Shown here: one piece after another, positions 43,139 to 56,577 of the stretch | How the letters are laid out: each line of letters begins with the position of its first letter | How positions within the stretch are numbered: position 1 is the stretch's first letter | Assembly: GCA_964016885.1 (NCBI GenBank) | Contig: OZ024740.1 | Coordinates: 323,826,001-323,890,000, forward strand | From: Eledone cirrhosa | Taxonomy: Eukaryota | Direction: 5' to 3' | DNA: 64,000 nt | Translations under genes and position numbers: made by a program | The notes under the pieces: generated by a model | The model's database searches: none | What the model saw: only the letters and a program-made list of their open reading frames with translations | What the model was told of the DNA's origin: nothing

Positions 43139-43994
43139 TATAAAGAAAAAGGTATGAAATCGAAAATGCAACTGAAGTCTTATTTTTTTTTAAAATATAT
43201 ATATTTATTTGGTTCCTTTACCGGTTTCGCAGTTCTTCTGCTTTTCAAAAGGTGAGTTGAGATGGAGGGTCTGTGGTTTTTCTCACATCTGGTTGGTCTC
43301 TAAATGTTACTTGTTTTATATGGAAAAACTGGCTCGAAAACCAGGTTTTTCGAGAAGTAATTTGATTGGTTTGTCAATAATTATAATAAATTTCGCGCCA
43401 GTTCGCGTTACAATAGTTCTTCAAATAAGAGAGGGGGGGGGGGGGGGGGGGGTTGTCACAGGTTGTTTTTTCATATATGAGTGTTTGAATTTCTTTTTAC
43501 TTGAAAAAATGAGGCTCACGAAGGCTTTTTTTTGGTTGGTTATAAATGAAATTTGGCTGTCACGTGAACAAGTTTTCACGTGACAGCCAAATTTCATTTA
43601 TAACCAACCAAAAAAAAGCCTTCGTGAGCCTCATTTTTTCAAGTAAAAAGAAATTCAAACACTCATATATGAAAAAAACAACCCCTGACAACCCCCCCCC
43701 CCCCTCTCTTATTTGAAGAAGAACTATTGTAACGCGAACTGGCGCGAAATTTATTATAATTATTGACAAACCAATCAAATTACTTCTCGAAAAACCTGGT
43801 TTTCGAGCCAGTTTTTCCATATAAAACAAGTAACATTTAGAGACCAACCAGATGTGAGAAAAACCACAGACCCTCCATCTCAACTCACCTTTTGAAAAGC
43901 AGAAGAACTGCGAAACCGGTAAAGGAACCAAATAAATATATATATTTTAAAAAAAAATAAGACTTCAGTTGCATTTTCGATTTCATCCCTTTTT

Positions 43995-44001
<7 letters not shown>
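43139..44001. repeat. Long palindrome (~430-bp arms, 6-nt spacer at 43569-43574)
   Basis: Arms are nearly identical, as shown by the twin ORFs 43209+ and 43931-; flanked by TA-rich runs. Confidence 0.95.
43888..43925 (+). ncRNA. Hammerhead ribozyme motif, U3-A8 variant (mirror copy 43215-43252 on minus)
   Basis: cctt TTGAAAA GCAG AAGAA CTGC GAAA CCGG TA aagg, followed by AATAAA. Confidence 0.65.
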
Positions 44002-44025
<24 letters not shown>

Positions 44026-44259
44026 ACGGAGGAGGTGTGGTAAGGAACTATATATATATATACACACGCGCATATATATATATATATATTTATTTATATA
44101 CATATAAATATATATGAATCAGGATTAGACAAGTATTAAACTAGTTAGACCATTAATGAACAGAGTACTCGATAGTTTGGATAGTAAAATGTGACTATAT
44201 TAGAATGAGTCATAGTCTGACGGCTGAGCTCTTGCCATTTCAACAGCTAATTGCAGACA

Positions 44260-44870
44260 TAGTTACATTCCTTTACGTTCTGAGTTCAAATCCCGCCAAG
44301 TTTAGCTTTGCCTTTCATCCTTACGGTGTCGATAAAATAAAGTACTTAATCGACTCTCCCTCCCCCAAGTCACTGGCCTTGTGTCTATACTAGAAATCAT
44401 CATTATCATTATATGCTTAGTAAAGGCAGTGGATTGGCAGTATCGGTAGAGAGTAGGACGCCATGCTTTGTCTTTCATCCTTACGGGGTCGATAAAATAA
44501 AGTAGCAGTCACGCACTGGGGTTGGTTTAATCGACTGTCCCCCAAAATTGATGGCCTTGTGCCTATATAAGAAACCGCCGAGGTTGACTTTGCCTTTCAT
44601 CCTTACGGGGTCGATAAAATAAAGTACCAGTAATGAACTGGCTAATTGCTGGCCTTGTGCCTAAAGTAGAAACAATTATTATATGCTTATTGGCAGTATC
44701 GGTAGAGGGTCGGACGCCATGCTTTGCAGAATGGAGTTACCACCCTTTATGATCTGAGTTCAAATCCCGCCGAGGTTAACTTTGCCTTTCATCCTTACAG
44801 GATCGATCAAATATAGTACCAGTAATGTAGTGAGTAATTTGCTGGCCTTGTGCCAAAAATAGAAACAATT
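44260..44870 (+). mobile_element. Head-to-tail cluster of four SINE pieces with nested TSDs
   Basis: TSD attatatgcttagtaaa at 44408-44424 and 44871-44887; internal attatatgctta at 44678-44689. Confidence 0.8.
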
Positions 44871-44967
44871 ATTATATGCTTAGTAAATCGTCAGTTCTAA
44901 TGCCACTTCATTCTTCAGTAGTAGTCAAATACACGAGTCGTTATACGCGATTTACCTTATCTCTAAG

Positions 44968-45007
<40 letters not shown>

Positions 45008-45152
45008 AATTCTTTACTTGTCTGATGACCCAGCGAATACACAATGGAAACTGTGCATGATATTGAGCACACCTTCTCGCTACAGGCTATACTAGAGCAA
45101 TATGCTAGCAGGCAAAACAGACGTTAAATGATGATGATGATGATGATGATGA

Positions 45153-45191
<39 letters not shown>

Positions 45192-45443
45192 CAATTGTAG
45201 ACATCGTGTGTATACTTGTATATAGATAGACACGTGCATAAGCATTGTGTATATATAGTAGAAATTAATTAAAATGCCTTCCATATATTTTCATGTTTTA
45301 GATTAAACGATATTTGTAAGATTAAAGAAGGAAAAAAATATCTCTCTCTCTATATAAATATATATATATATATATATACACACATACACCTATATATATA
45401 CGCACACACATGTATATATATACACACACATACACCTATATAT

Positions 45444-45512
<69 letters not shown>

Positions 45513-45594
45513 TATATATTTACACATACACACATACACCTATATATACACACACACATATATATATATACACACATACACCTATATATACATA

Positions 45595-45638
<44 letters not shown>

Positions 45639-45749
45639 CACCTATATATACACACACACATATATATATATATATACACACATACACCTATATATACACA
45701 TATAAATATATATATATATACACACACAAACATACACATATATATATAC

Positions 45750-45799
<50 letters not shown>

Positions 45800-45854
45800 A
45801 TATATATATATATATATATATAATAAAAAATTGAACAGGGACAGAACAGAGAGG

Positions 45855-45949
<95 letters not shown>

Positions 45950-46129
45950 GTAGGAGGTGAGTTTTATTGTAGTACAATAAAGCAATGCAGATATCGGATA
46001 AGAAGCACTCTACAGTTTGTGGGACTGGAGTATGCATAATATAAGATCAAAAGATGGTTAATATGATATGTTGATTTAAAACTGCACTATCAACAAGTGT
46101 TTTTTTTGGCCTTCATATCATGTTCTCCT

Positions 46130-46198
46130 GTTTTATCTGATGAAAACACAAATATTATTGTTTGATGATGTTTGTTTTTGAAATGCGCATAATAAAAT
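46130..46198 (+). ncRNA. Hammerhead ribozyme motif in a (TA)n-flanked fold-back insert (45947-46237)
   Basis: gttttat CTGATGA, long stem II (CAAATATTATT/GATGATGTTTG), GAAA TGCGCA TA ataaaat; inverted arms 46036-46061 / 46212-46237. Confidence 0.7.
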
Positions 46199-46339
46199 AT
46201 ATTGAACTCCTTTAACCATCTTTTGATCTTATATTATATATATATATATATATAGATATATATATATATAACGATGATACAGACTCACAATATAAAAATA
46301 CATATGTTAGCTGTGGATATATAACAACCAAGGTGCGCG

Positions 46340-46387
<48 letters not shown>

Positions 46388-46619
46388 CATACACACACAT
46401 ATACAAATACACACACAAAACCACAAATGCTTCATATGTACCACTAATATTGTTTTCTGTTTGTGTCATACGCTATTTTTTCCCCCCGACATTTCCAAAC
46501 CGATGGAGTACAACTTTGCCTGAAACAAAACTGTTCTTCTCTGACGATACGTAACACGTCTTAGTATCATTGAGAGTAGACTTTACATGTACAGTGTATA
46601 TACGTGTGTGTATGTGTGT

Positions 46620-48610
46620 GTATGTAGATGTAGATGTTTGTGTATGGGCATGTATGATGTAGATATGTGTGTGTATGTAAGTAGATGGTTGTGTATGGGC
46701 ATGTATGATGTAGATATGTGTGTGTGTGTGTAAGTAGATGTTTGTGTATGGGCATGTATGATGTAGATATGTGTGTGTATGTAAGTAGATGTTTGTGTAT
46801 GGGCATGTATGATGTAGATATGTGTGTGTGTGTAAGTAGATGTTTGTGTATGGGCATGTATGATGTAGATATGTGTGTGTGTGTAAGTAGATGTTTGTGT
46901 ATGGGCATGTATGATGTAGATATGTGTGTGTGTGTGTGTAAGTAGATGTTTGTGTATGGGCATGTATGATGTAGATATGTGTGTGTGTAAGTAGATGTTT
47001 GTGTATGGGCATGTATGATGTAGATATGTGTGTGTATGTAAGTAGATGGTTGTGTATGGGCATGTATGATGTAGATATGTGTGTGTGTGTGTAAGTAGAT
47101 GTTTGTGTATGGGCATGTATGATGTAGATATGTGTGTGTATGTAAGTAGATGTTTGTGTATGGGCATGTATGATGTAGATATGTGTGTGTGTGTAAGTAG
47201 ATGTTTGTGTATGGGCATGTATGATGTAGATATGTGTGTGTGTGTAAGTAGATGTTTGTGTATGGGCATGTATGATGTAGATATGTGTGTGTGTGTGTGT
47301 AAGTAGATGTTTGTGTATGGGCATGTATGATGTAGATATGTGTGTGTGTAAGTAGATGTTTGTGTATGGGCATGTGTGATGTAGATATGTGTCTGTGTGT
47401 AAGTAGATGTTTGTGTATGGGCATGTATGATGTAGATATGTGTGTGTGTGTGTAACTAGATGTTTGTGTATGAGCATGTATGATGTAGATATGTGTGTGT
47501 AAGTAGATGTTTGTGTATGGGCATGTGTGATGTAGATATGTGTGTGTAAGTAGATGTTTGTGTATGGGCATGTATGATGTAGATATGTGTGTGTGTGTAA
47601 GTAGATGTTTGTGTATGGGCATGTATGATGTAGATATGTGTGTGTGTGTGTAAGTAGATGTTTGTGTATGGGCATGTATGATGTAGATATGTGTCTGTGT
47701 GTAAGTAGATGTTTGTGTATGGGCATGTATGTTGTAGATATGTGTGTGTGTAAGTAGATGTTTGTGTATGGGCATGTATGATGTAGATATGTGTGTGTGT
47801 GTGTAACTAGATGTTTGTGTATGAGCATGTATGATGTAGATATGTGTGTGTAAGTAGATGTTTGTGTATGGGCATGTGTGATGTAGATATGTGTGTGTAA
47901 GTAGATGTTTGTGTATGGGCATGTATGATGTAGATATGTGTGTGTATGTAAGTAGATGTTTGTGTATGGGCATGTATGATGTAGATATGTGTGTGTGTGT
48001 GTAAGTAGATGTCTGTGTATGGGCATGCATGATGTAGATATGTGTGTGTGTGTGTAAGTAGATGTTTGTGTATGGGCATGTATGATGTAGATATGTGTGT
48101 GTGTGTGTAAGTAGATGTTTGTGTATGGGCATGTATGATGTAGATATGTGTGTGTAAGTAGATGTTTGTGTATGGGCATGTATGATGTAGATATGTGTGT
48201 GTGTGTGTAAGTAGATGTTTGTGTATGAGCATGTATGATGTAGATATGTGTGTGTGTGTGTAAGTAGATGTTTGTGTATGGGCATGTATGATGTAGATAT
48301 GTGTGTGTAAGTAGGTGTTTGTGCATGGGCATGTATGATGTAGATATGTGTGTGTGTGTGTGTAAGTAGATGTGTGTGAACGTTTATGTATGATGTAGAT
48401 ACGTGTGTATGGGCACGTGTGATGTAGATGTGTGTGTAAGTAAATGTGTGTGAATGTGCGTGTGCGATGTAGATATGTGTGTGTGTATGGGCATGTGTGA
48501 TGTAGATGTGAGTGTGTGAGTGATATAGATGTGTGTGTATGTGCAAGTGTGATGTAGATTGTGTGTGTGTAAGTAAGTAGATGTGTGTGTATGGGCATGT
48601 GTGATGTAGG
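46620..48610. repeat. ~43-53-bp minisatellite with an embedded variable (GT)n
   Basis: Unit gtaagtagatgtttgtgtatgggcatgtatgatgtagatat(gt)n. Confidence 0.95.
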
Positions 48611-48699
48611 TATGTGTATGTTAGTGATATAGATGCTTGTGTATGTGCAAGTGTGATGTAGATTGTGTAAGTAGATGTGTGTTTATATGCATATGTGTG

Positions 48700-49526
48700 T
48701 ATACTTGTATGATGTAAATGTGTGTGTGTATGTAGATGTGTATGTAGATGTGGCTGTATGTAGATGTGTATGTATCTAGATGTGTATGTATGTATATGTA
48801 TGTATATGTGGCTGTATGTATGTAGATGTGTGTGTATATGTATATGTGTATGTAGATGTGTGTGTATGTAGATGTGTATGTATGTATATGTATATGTGTA
48901 TGTATGTATATGTGTATGTATGTAGATGTGTGTGTATGTATGTATGTGTATATGTGGCTGTATGTATGTATATGTGGTTGTATGTATGTAGATGTAGCTG
49001 TATGTATGTAGATGTGTATGTATGTAGATGTAGATGTGTATTTATGTAGATGTAGATGTGGCTGTATGTATGTAGATGCATATATGTATATGTATATGTG
49101 GCTGTATGTATGTATGTATGTATGTATGTATGTATGTATGTATGTATGTATGTATGTATGTATATGTATATGTGTATGTATGTATATGTATATGTGGCTG
49201 TATGTGTATGTATATGTGGCTGTATGTATATGTATATGTATATGTATATGTGGCTGTATGTAGATGTGTATATGTATATGTGGCTGTATGTATGTATGTA
49301 TGAATATGTATATGTGTATGTATGTATGTATATGTATATGTGGTTGTATGTGTATGTATATGTATATGTAGATGTGTATATGTATATGTGGCTGTATGTA
49401 TATGTATATGTATATGTATATGTGGCTATATGTAGATGTGTATATGTATATGTGGCTGTATGTAGATGTGTATATGTATATGTGGCTGTATGTATGAATA
49501 TGTATATGTGTATGTATGTATGTATG

Positions 49527-49557
<31 letters not shown>

Positions 49558-49586
49558 ATGTATATGTGGCTGTATGTGTATGTATA
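48700..49586. repeat. (TATG)n/(TATATG)n degenerate satellite with gtggctgt interruptions
   Basis: Directly visible. Confidence 0.85.
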
Positions 49587-49780
49587 TTCCGCAACTGCAT
49601 CACCCAAGTTTTCTCCTCACAGCTATATACAGTCGTCAGATTAACTTTCTTCCTGAATCTGATTATCGCCTGTAGAAGGCTTGTAATTCAACCAACGATA
49701 CACTGAAATCTTAAGGGTTTTCCATCAAAATGTATCTCTGGGCATGCGCTTGTGTGTAGCGGCGTATGTATGTATGTATG

Positions 49781-50128
49781 TTTTCTCTTTCTCTTAATTT
49801 TGAGTATATTTTTTTGACCGGCCACCTTCCTGGTGGCAAGGTTGTAAAAGAAAAGAAATTGTCATCCCTTGAATCGCAAGAATGTTTTGCAAATTTTGAA
49901 GGTGCCAGCTATCGCAGGCATTTGTAGACTATGAATTAGGGAGCTGCGCTTTTTGTCCGCAAATCCAAGTTCAGTCATACTTTGGTCCAAGCGGGTTGGT
50001 ATATAACCCGTAGCACCAATAATGATGGGTATGAAGCTAAAGGTGTATCTTGGATACTGGATTTGTAAACTCCTCATCAATGGTCCGTAGATGTCCTCCT
50101 TCTCCTGTATTTTTCTGACAACGTTTAC
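49781..50128 (-). mobile_element. 3' end of a restriction-like-endonuclease non-LTR retrotransposon (R4/Dong-like) in a (TACA)n array
   Basis: NVVRKIQEKEDIYGPLMRSLQIQYPRYTFSFIPIIIGATG...ICKTFLRFKG*, short 3' UTR, (TATG)n on both sides. Confidence 0.7.
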
Positions 50129-50348
50129 ATGTATGTATGTATGTATGTATGTATGTATGTATGTATGTGAGTGTGTATGAGGGGGCGTATGTATGTATGT
50201 ATGTATGTGCGTGTGTGTATGGAGGTGGGGTGTCTGTGTAATATTCTACAAGTGCTGAAAGAGTTCTGTACCAGTGGAAGAACTACATAGGTAATTTATG
50301 ATATTGCATAGCATTTGTCTGTATAATATTATTTATGCATACATATAT

Positions 50349-51193
50349 ATAAATATATGAAAACATGGCGTGCTGCGTGGTTGCAAATGGGTTACATATG
50401 AATAAAGTTAGTCCTTCATCAGTGATTTCCAGCCTTCATTGGTATTTCATCGCTTTAAAGACCATATACCTCCGGTTGGTGCGAGCAACGGCTAAAGAAA
50501 GTCGTTGGGACACGTAAATAGGGGGAACGAGCGAGACAGTAAACAAACAAAGATGGTAACGCAACGAAAAGTGAGGAAGAAAGAGTCAAGTCCCTGAAAT
50601 CGATGGACATAAGTTCTGTGAAATCGTAGACGAGAGAGAATAAAGACCATCCGACCTGGTTGAAATGTAAGTGAGGAAAGAATCTCGCACAGGTCAAAAG
50701 CCATTGGCAACGACGCAGCACGCCATGTTTTCATATATTTATATATTTTCCTCCGCTGTGACTCCTCTGTTTCTTTCTTACTGCTTCCACTTTCTCAATA
50801 TCTCTCATTTTCTTTTACCCCCTCTAACAGTCACTCTCTCTGTTAGCCTCTTCCTCACACTTTCACTCACTCACTCTCTGCTACTCCCTCTCTTACTTCT
50901 TCCCGTTTGACCTGTGCGAGATTCTCTCCTCAGTCAGACTTCGACCAGGTTGGATGGTCTTTATTCTCTCTCGTCCACGATTTCACTCAACTTATGTTCA
51001 TCGATTTCAGGGACTTGACTCCTTCTTCGTCACTTTTCGTTGCATTACCATCTTTGTTTGTTTACTGTCTCGCTCGTTCCCCTAATTTACGTGTCCCAAC
51101 GACTTTCTTTAGCCATTGCTCGCACCAACCAGAAGTATATGGTCTTTAAAGCGATGAAAAAACCAATGAAGGCTGGATGAAGGACTAAATTTA

Positions 51194-51200
<7 letters not shown>
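50349..51200. repeat. Compound inverted repeat (~300-bp arms 50396-50698 / 50906-51200; extra arm pair 50349-50390 / 50701-50742)
   Basis: Twin ORFs 50455-/50907+ reflect the arms; the outer end of the left arm has a truncated CTGATGAAGGACTAA on minus (50408-50422). Confidence 0.85.
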
Positions 51201-51229
<29 letters not shown>

Positions 51230-51388
51230 TATATATAAATATATATATATATATGTATGTATATATATAAATATATATATATGTCTATATATATAAATAT
51301 ATATATGTATATATATATATATATAAATATATATATATATGTATATATATATATAAAAATATATATATGTATATATATATATATATAA

Positions 51389-51445
<57 letters not shown>

Positions 51446-51493
51446 AATATATATATATGTACATATATATATATATAAATATATATATATATG

Positions 51494-51579
<86 letters not shown>

Positions 51580-51593
51580 TGTACATATATATG

Positions 51594-51628
<35 letters not shown>

Positions 51629-51762
51629 GTATATATATATGTATAATAAACAATACAATATAATTACCTCATTACCGGAATAAGACGATACGAAAAAAAC
51701 GTCCTCATTCTTTCGTCGGACAAGGCAATATCTCTGTATATATATATATATATATATGTATG

Positions 51763-51798
<36 letters not shown>

Positions 51799-51982
51799 AA
51801 TATATATATGTATATATATATATGTATATATATAAATATATATATGTATATAAATATATATATATATATATGTTTATATATATATATGTATATAAATATA
51901 TATATATATATGTATATATATATATGTAAATTAATAAAAATAATGAATAAAAACAAAGAAACAGTTCCTTATATTAAAAAAA

Positions 51983-52032
<50 letters not shown>

Positions 52033-52048
52033 GTATATATATATATAA

Positions 52049-52168
52049 CTGTTTCTACTTTTGGCACAAGGCCATCAATTACCCAGTACATTACTGGTAC
52101 TTTATTTTATCGACCCCGTAAGGATGAAAGGCAAAGTTAACCTCGGCGGGATTTGAACTCAGACCGTA
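52049..52168 (-). mobile_element. 5'-truncated SINE
   Basis: Matches the main family. Confidence 0.75.
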
Positions 52169-52429
52169 TATATATAACGGCGATGAATTAGTTTTGCGAG
52201 GTTTTTGATACGAAATCGTGTGTCGAAACAAATATTGTTATACTTGGGGAGGGTCATATTTGTGTAATATTGCCAGAATTAATAACAGAACACACTCACT
52301 GTTTGGTTTTCGCTTTTCGCTTCTGTGTCTTTTATATCGGTAATCTAATTTATTCGGTCCTCAATGTTACCATTGACTGACCAGCGGTCAAAAATAATAC
52401 AGATACAATATAGACACAAACACATATAT

Positions 52430-53762
52430 ATAGTTTATCAAAGTTCTTTCGTTGCACACCTGCAACATCGTCAGTGGTGCTATTGTTTCCCCCCGTTACA
52501 TTGTATTTTCTACGCCATCTTTATTTAGTCTGTTTATATATTTATTTATTTGTTTATTTTATTTTGTCTTCTTTGCGCACGCGTTTGCGTGTGTGTATAG
52601 TGTTTTGTGTTGTGTTCGTGATTGGGTGACTGTGTATTGGTTAATGTATTCTATCTTTACTAGTGTGTGTTTATATGTGTTTGTTGTTATTGTGCTTGTG
52701 TATGTATTTATTTATTTATACTTCTCTTAGGTCAGTGTTGTTTGTTTGGGTGTTGTTGTTATTCCATTCATTCTTTCTGTTTAGCCTTGGCCTTCTAAGT
52801 TCTATTTCACTGGCCTCTCTGATTTGCGTATCTGCTGGGTCATTTCTATGTTTAGATATTATTCTAATTTCTATGTTGTTTATGTTACCGTCGTGTTGTT
52901 GTCTGGCATGTTCGTATAGTACTGACCCGTTTTTTCGTCCTTTTAGTCCCCCCCCCCCAGTGTTGGTCTATCCTTTCACCAATGCTACGAGCTGTCTCAC
53001 CTATGTATGTTGTTGTCATGTTTCTACAAGTACCCTCTGTACATCTGATGCTATAGACTAAGTTTCTAGTTTTACAGTTTATCCGGGGGTTTACCTTACA
53101 TATGATACATTTCCTATTAGTACAGTGGGTTTTCTTAAAAGGGTAGGTTTTGCTGATCAGGGATTTTATGGTGGTTCCTGGCTTTTCTACCACCTTAATC
53201 TTTAAGTGGGTCTTTCTCAGGGCCTTTCTACACTGGTTAGCTAATTTCCCTCCAGGGGTAGCGGCCACAAAAATGACACTCTGGTATTTCTGGTTGTCGT
53301 ACCATGAGGTGGCTTTCCCTATCTAAGCTATTGCATGATTTGCTCCAGTTCTATGAGGGTCTTATACTTCTCCATGGCTCCTTCATATACTCTGACTCTG
53401 TCTCTTTGGTTGTAGCCATAGAACTGCATGCGGTTGATGAAGTGTTGGATGTGTCTCTCTATTTCTGTTGGGTCGCACATGCGGGACACATTCTTCATCA
53501 CTCGTACCAAATCTGCGACCAGAATATCAAACTTAGCACTACTGGACATTGCTGAGTCTTTGAGTATCAGGTATTTGGAGGCCATGGGTTTAGCATAGTG
53601 TGAGTGGAGAATTTGGGCTCTCTCGTCTATAGCGTTAATCCAGAGTTCCGTGTCTAATACAGGTAGTCTATTGTTAGGGTGTTTGGAAGGGTAGTCGATA
53701 GTTACAGTTATACTCTGGTGTATGGAATTAGCTATCTGCTGGATGCTTTCCATTGTGCTACG
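52430..53762 (-). mobile_element. Penelope-like element, 5'-truncated and disrupted (end of RT, Cys linker, GIY-YIG endonuclease, 3' HHR)
   Basis: [29 protein letters not shown]; linker CTNRKCIIC..C; VYSIRC..TYIGETARSIGERI..H; stop at 53328 and a frameshift near 52960. The Cys linker is Neptune-like. Confidence 0.85.
52437..52478 (-). ncRNA. Hammerhead ribozyme motif in the PLE 3' terminal repeat
   Basis: acca CTGACGA T GTTGCA GGTG TGCAAC GAAA GAAC TT tgat. Confidence 0.65.
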
Positions 53763-53772
53763 TTCTCTCTCT

Positions 53773-53840
53773 ATATATATATATAAATATATATATAAAT
53801 ATATATATATATATAAATATATATATATATAAATATATAC

Positions 53841-53893
<53 letters not shown>

Positions 53894-53918
53894 TATATAT
53901 ATATAAATATATACATAA

Positions 53919-53962
<44 letters not shown>

Positions 53963-53996
53963 AATATATATATATATATATAAACATATATATATA

Positions 53997-54060
<64 letters not shown>

Positions 54061-54081
54061 AATATATATATATGAATATAT

Positions 54082-54132
<51 letters not shown>

Positions 54133-54133
54133 A

Positions 54134-54228
<95 letters not shown>

Positions 54229-54244
54229 AATATATATATATATG

Positions 54245-54283
<39 letters not shown>

Positions 54284-54344
54284 TATATATATATGTATAT
54301 ATATATAAATATATATATATAAATATATATATATATGAATATAT

Positions 54345-54401
<57 letters not shown>

Positions 54402-54402
54402 A

Positions 54403-54435
<33 letters not shown>

Positions 54436-54592
54436 AATATAGATATAAATATATATATATACATATATAAATATATAAATATATATATATATATATAAAT
54501 ATATATATAAATATATATATATAAATATATAAATATATAAATAAATATATATATATATATAAATATATATATATAAATATATATATATATAA

Positions 54593-54623
<31 letters not shown>

Positions 54624-54638
54624 AATATATATATAAAT

Positions 54639-54669
<31 letters not shown>

Positions 54670-54788
54670 AATATATATATATATAAATATATATATATAA
54701 ATATATATATGAATATATATATATATAAATATATATATATATAAATAAATATATAAATATATATATATAAATATATATATATATAAAT

Positions 54789-54819
<31 letters not shown>

Positions 54820-54822
54820 AAC

Positions 54823-54887
<65 letters not shown>

Positions 54888-55034
54888 AATATATATATAT
54901 ATAAATATATATAAATATATATATAAATATATATATATAAATATATATATAAATAAATATATATATAAATATATATATAAATAAATATATATATAAATAT
55001 ACATATATATATATATAAATATACATATATATAA

Positions 55035-55099
<65 letters not shown>

Positions 55100-55116
55100 A
55101 ATATATATATAAATAT

Positions 55117-55147
<31 letters not shown>

Positions 55148-55168
55148 AATATATATATATACATAAAT

Positions 55169-55201
<33 letters not shown>

Positions 55202-55218
55202 AATATATATATATATAA

Positions 55219-55253
<35 letters not shown>

Positions 55254-55312
55254 AATATATATATATATAAATATATATATAAATATATATATATATAAAT
55301 ATATATATAAAT

Positions 55313-55343
<31 letters not shown>

Positions 55344-55359
55344 AATATATATATAAATC

Positions 55360-55391
<32 letters not shown>

Positions 55392-55519
55392 TATATGTAT
55401 ATATATATAAATATATATATATATATAAATATGTATAAATATATATATAAATATATATATATATATAAATATATACATATATAAATATATATATAAATAA
55501 ATATATATATATATATATA

Positions 55520-55577
<58 letters not shown>

Positions 55578-55594
55578 AATATTTATAAATATAT

Positions 55595-55625
<31 letters not shown>

Positions 55626-55628
55626 AAT

Positions 55629-55683
<55 letters not shown>

Positions 55684-55871
55684 AATATATATATAAATAT
55701 ATAAGTTTCCAGAGTCCACGCTTTGCCTGGATACTTAGATGAGAATAGTCTTCCCTGACGACGGAATATATATATATATATATATATAAATATATATAAA
55801 TATATATATATATAAATATATATAAATAAATATATATATATATAAATATATATATATATAAATATATATAA

Positions 55872-55948
<77 letters not shown>

Positions 55949-55963
55949 TATATATATATAAAT

Positions 55964-56046
<83 letters not shown>

Positions 56047-56095
56047 TATATATATATAAATAAATAAATATAAATATATATATATATATATAAAT

Positions 56096-56126
<31 letters not shown>

Positions 56127-56215
56127 AATATATATATATATAAATATATATATATAAATATATATATATAAATATATATATAAATATATATATATAAATA
56201 TATATATATATAAAT

Positions 56216-56246
<31 letters not shown>

Positions 56247-56279
56247 AATATATATATATATAAATATATAAATATAAAT

Positions 56280-56366
<87 letters not shown>
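53773..56366. repeat. 2.6-kb degenerate (TA)n/(TATATATAAA)n array
   Basis: Directly visible; one unique island at ~55703-55765. Confidence 0.95.
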
Positions 56367-56483
56367 AGTTGTAATAAAATGAAAACGAAATTTCATTTCT
56401 CACTCTTAGTACGGCACTTACTTCAATGTAAGTATGTATGTATACGTACATACATATATGTATACAGACGTACAGTAGCATGC

Positions 56484-56514
<31 letters not shown>

Positions 56515-56577
56515 CATACTGGTACACATACATATATGTACGTATCAGTTTAGCGGACGCTTATTATAATGCCCGCT

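Noticed and set aside
43209-43931. Twin 124/123-aa ORFs as duplicated genes (also 50455-/50907+)
   Set aside because: A by-product of palindromic arms; no recognisable domain.
46473-48598. 619/659-aa His/Thr-rich ORFs
   Set aside because: Minisatellite open in several frames, with unit lengths varying by 2 nt; no sign of coding constraint.
53328-56529. Long ORFs (558, 653, 423, 345 aa) and the many other [16 protein letters not shown] ORFs in the track
   Set aside because: Translations of dinucleotide repeats lacking stops; only the last ~145 aa of 53328-55004 is real (PLE).
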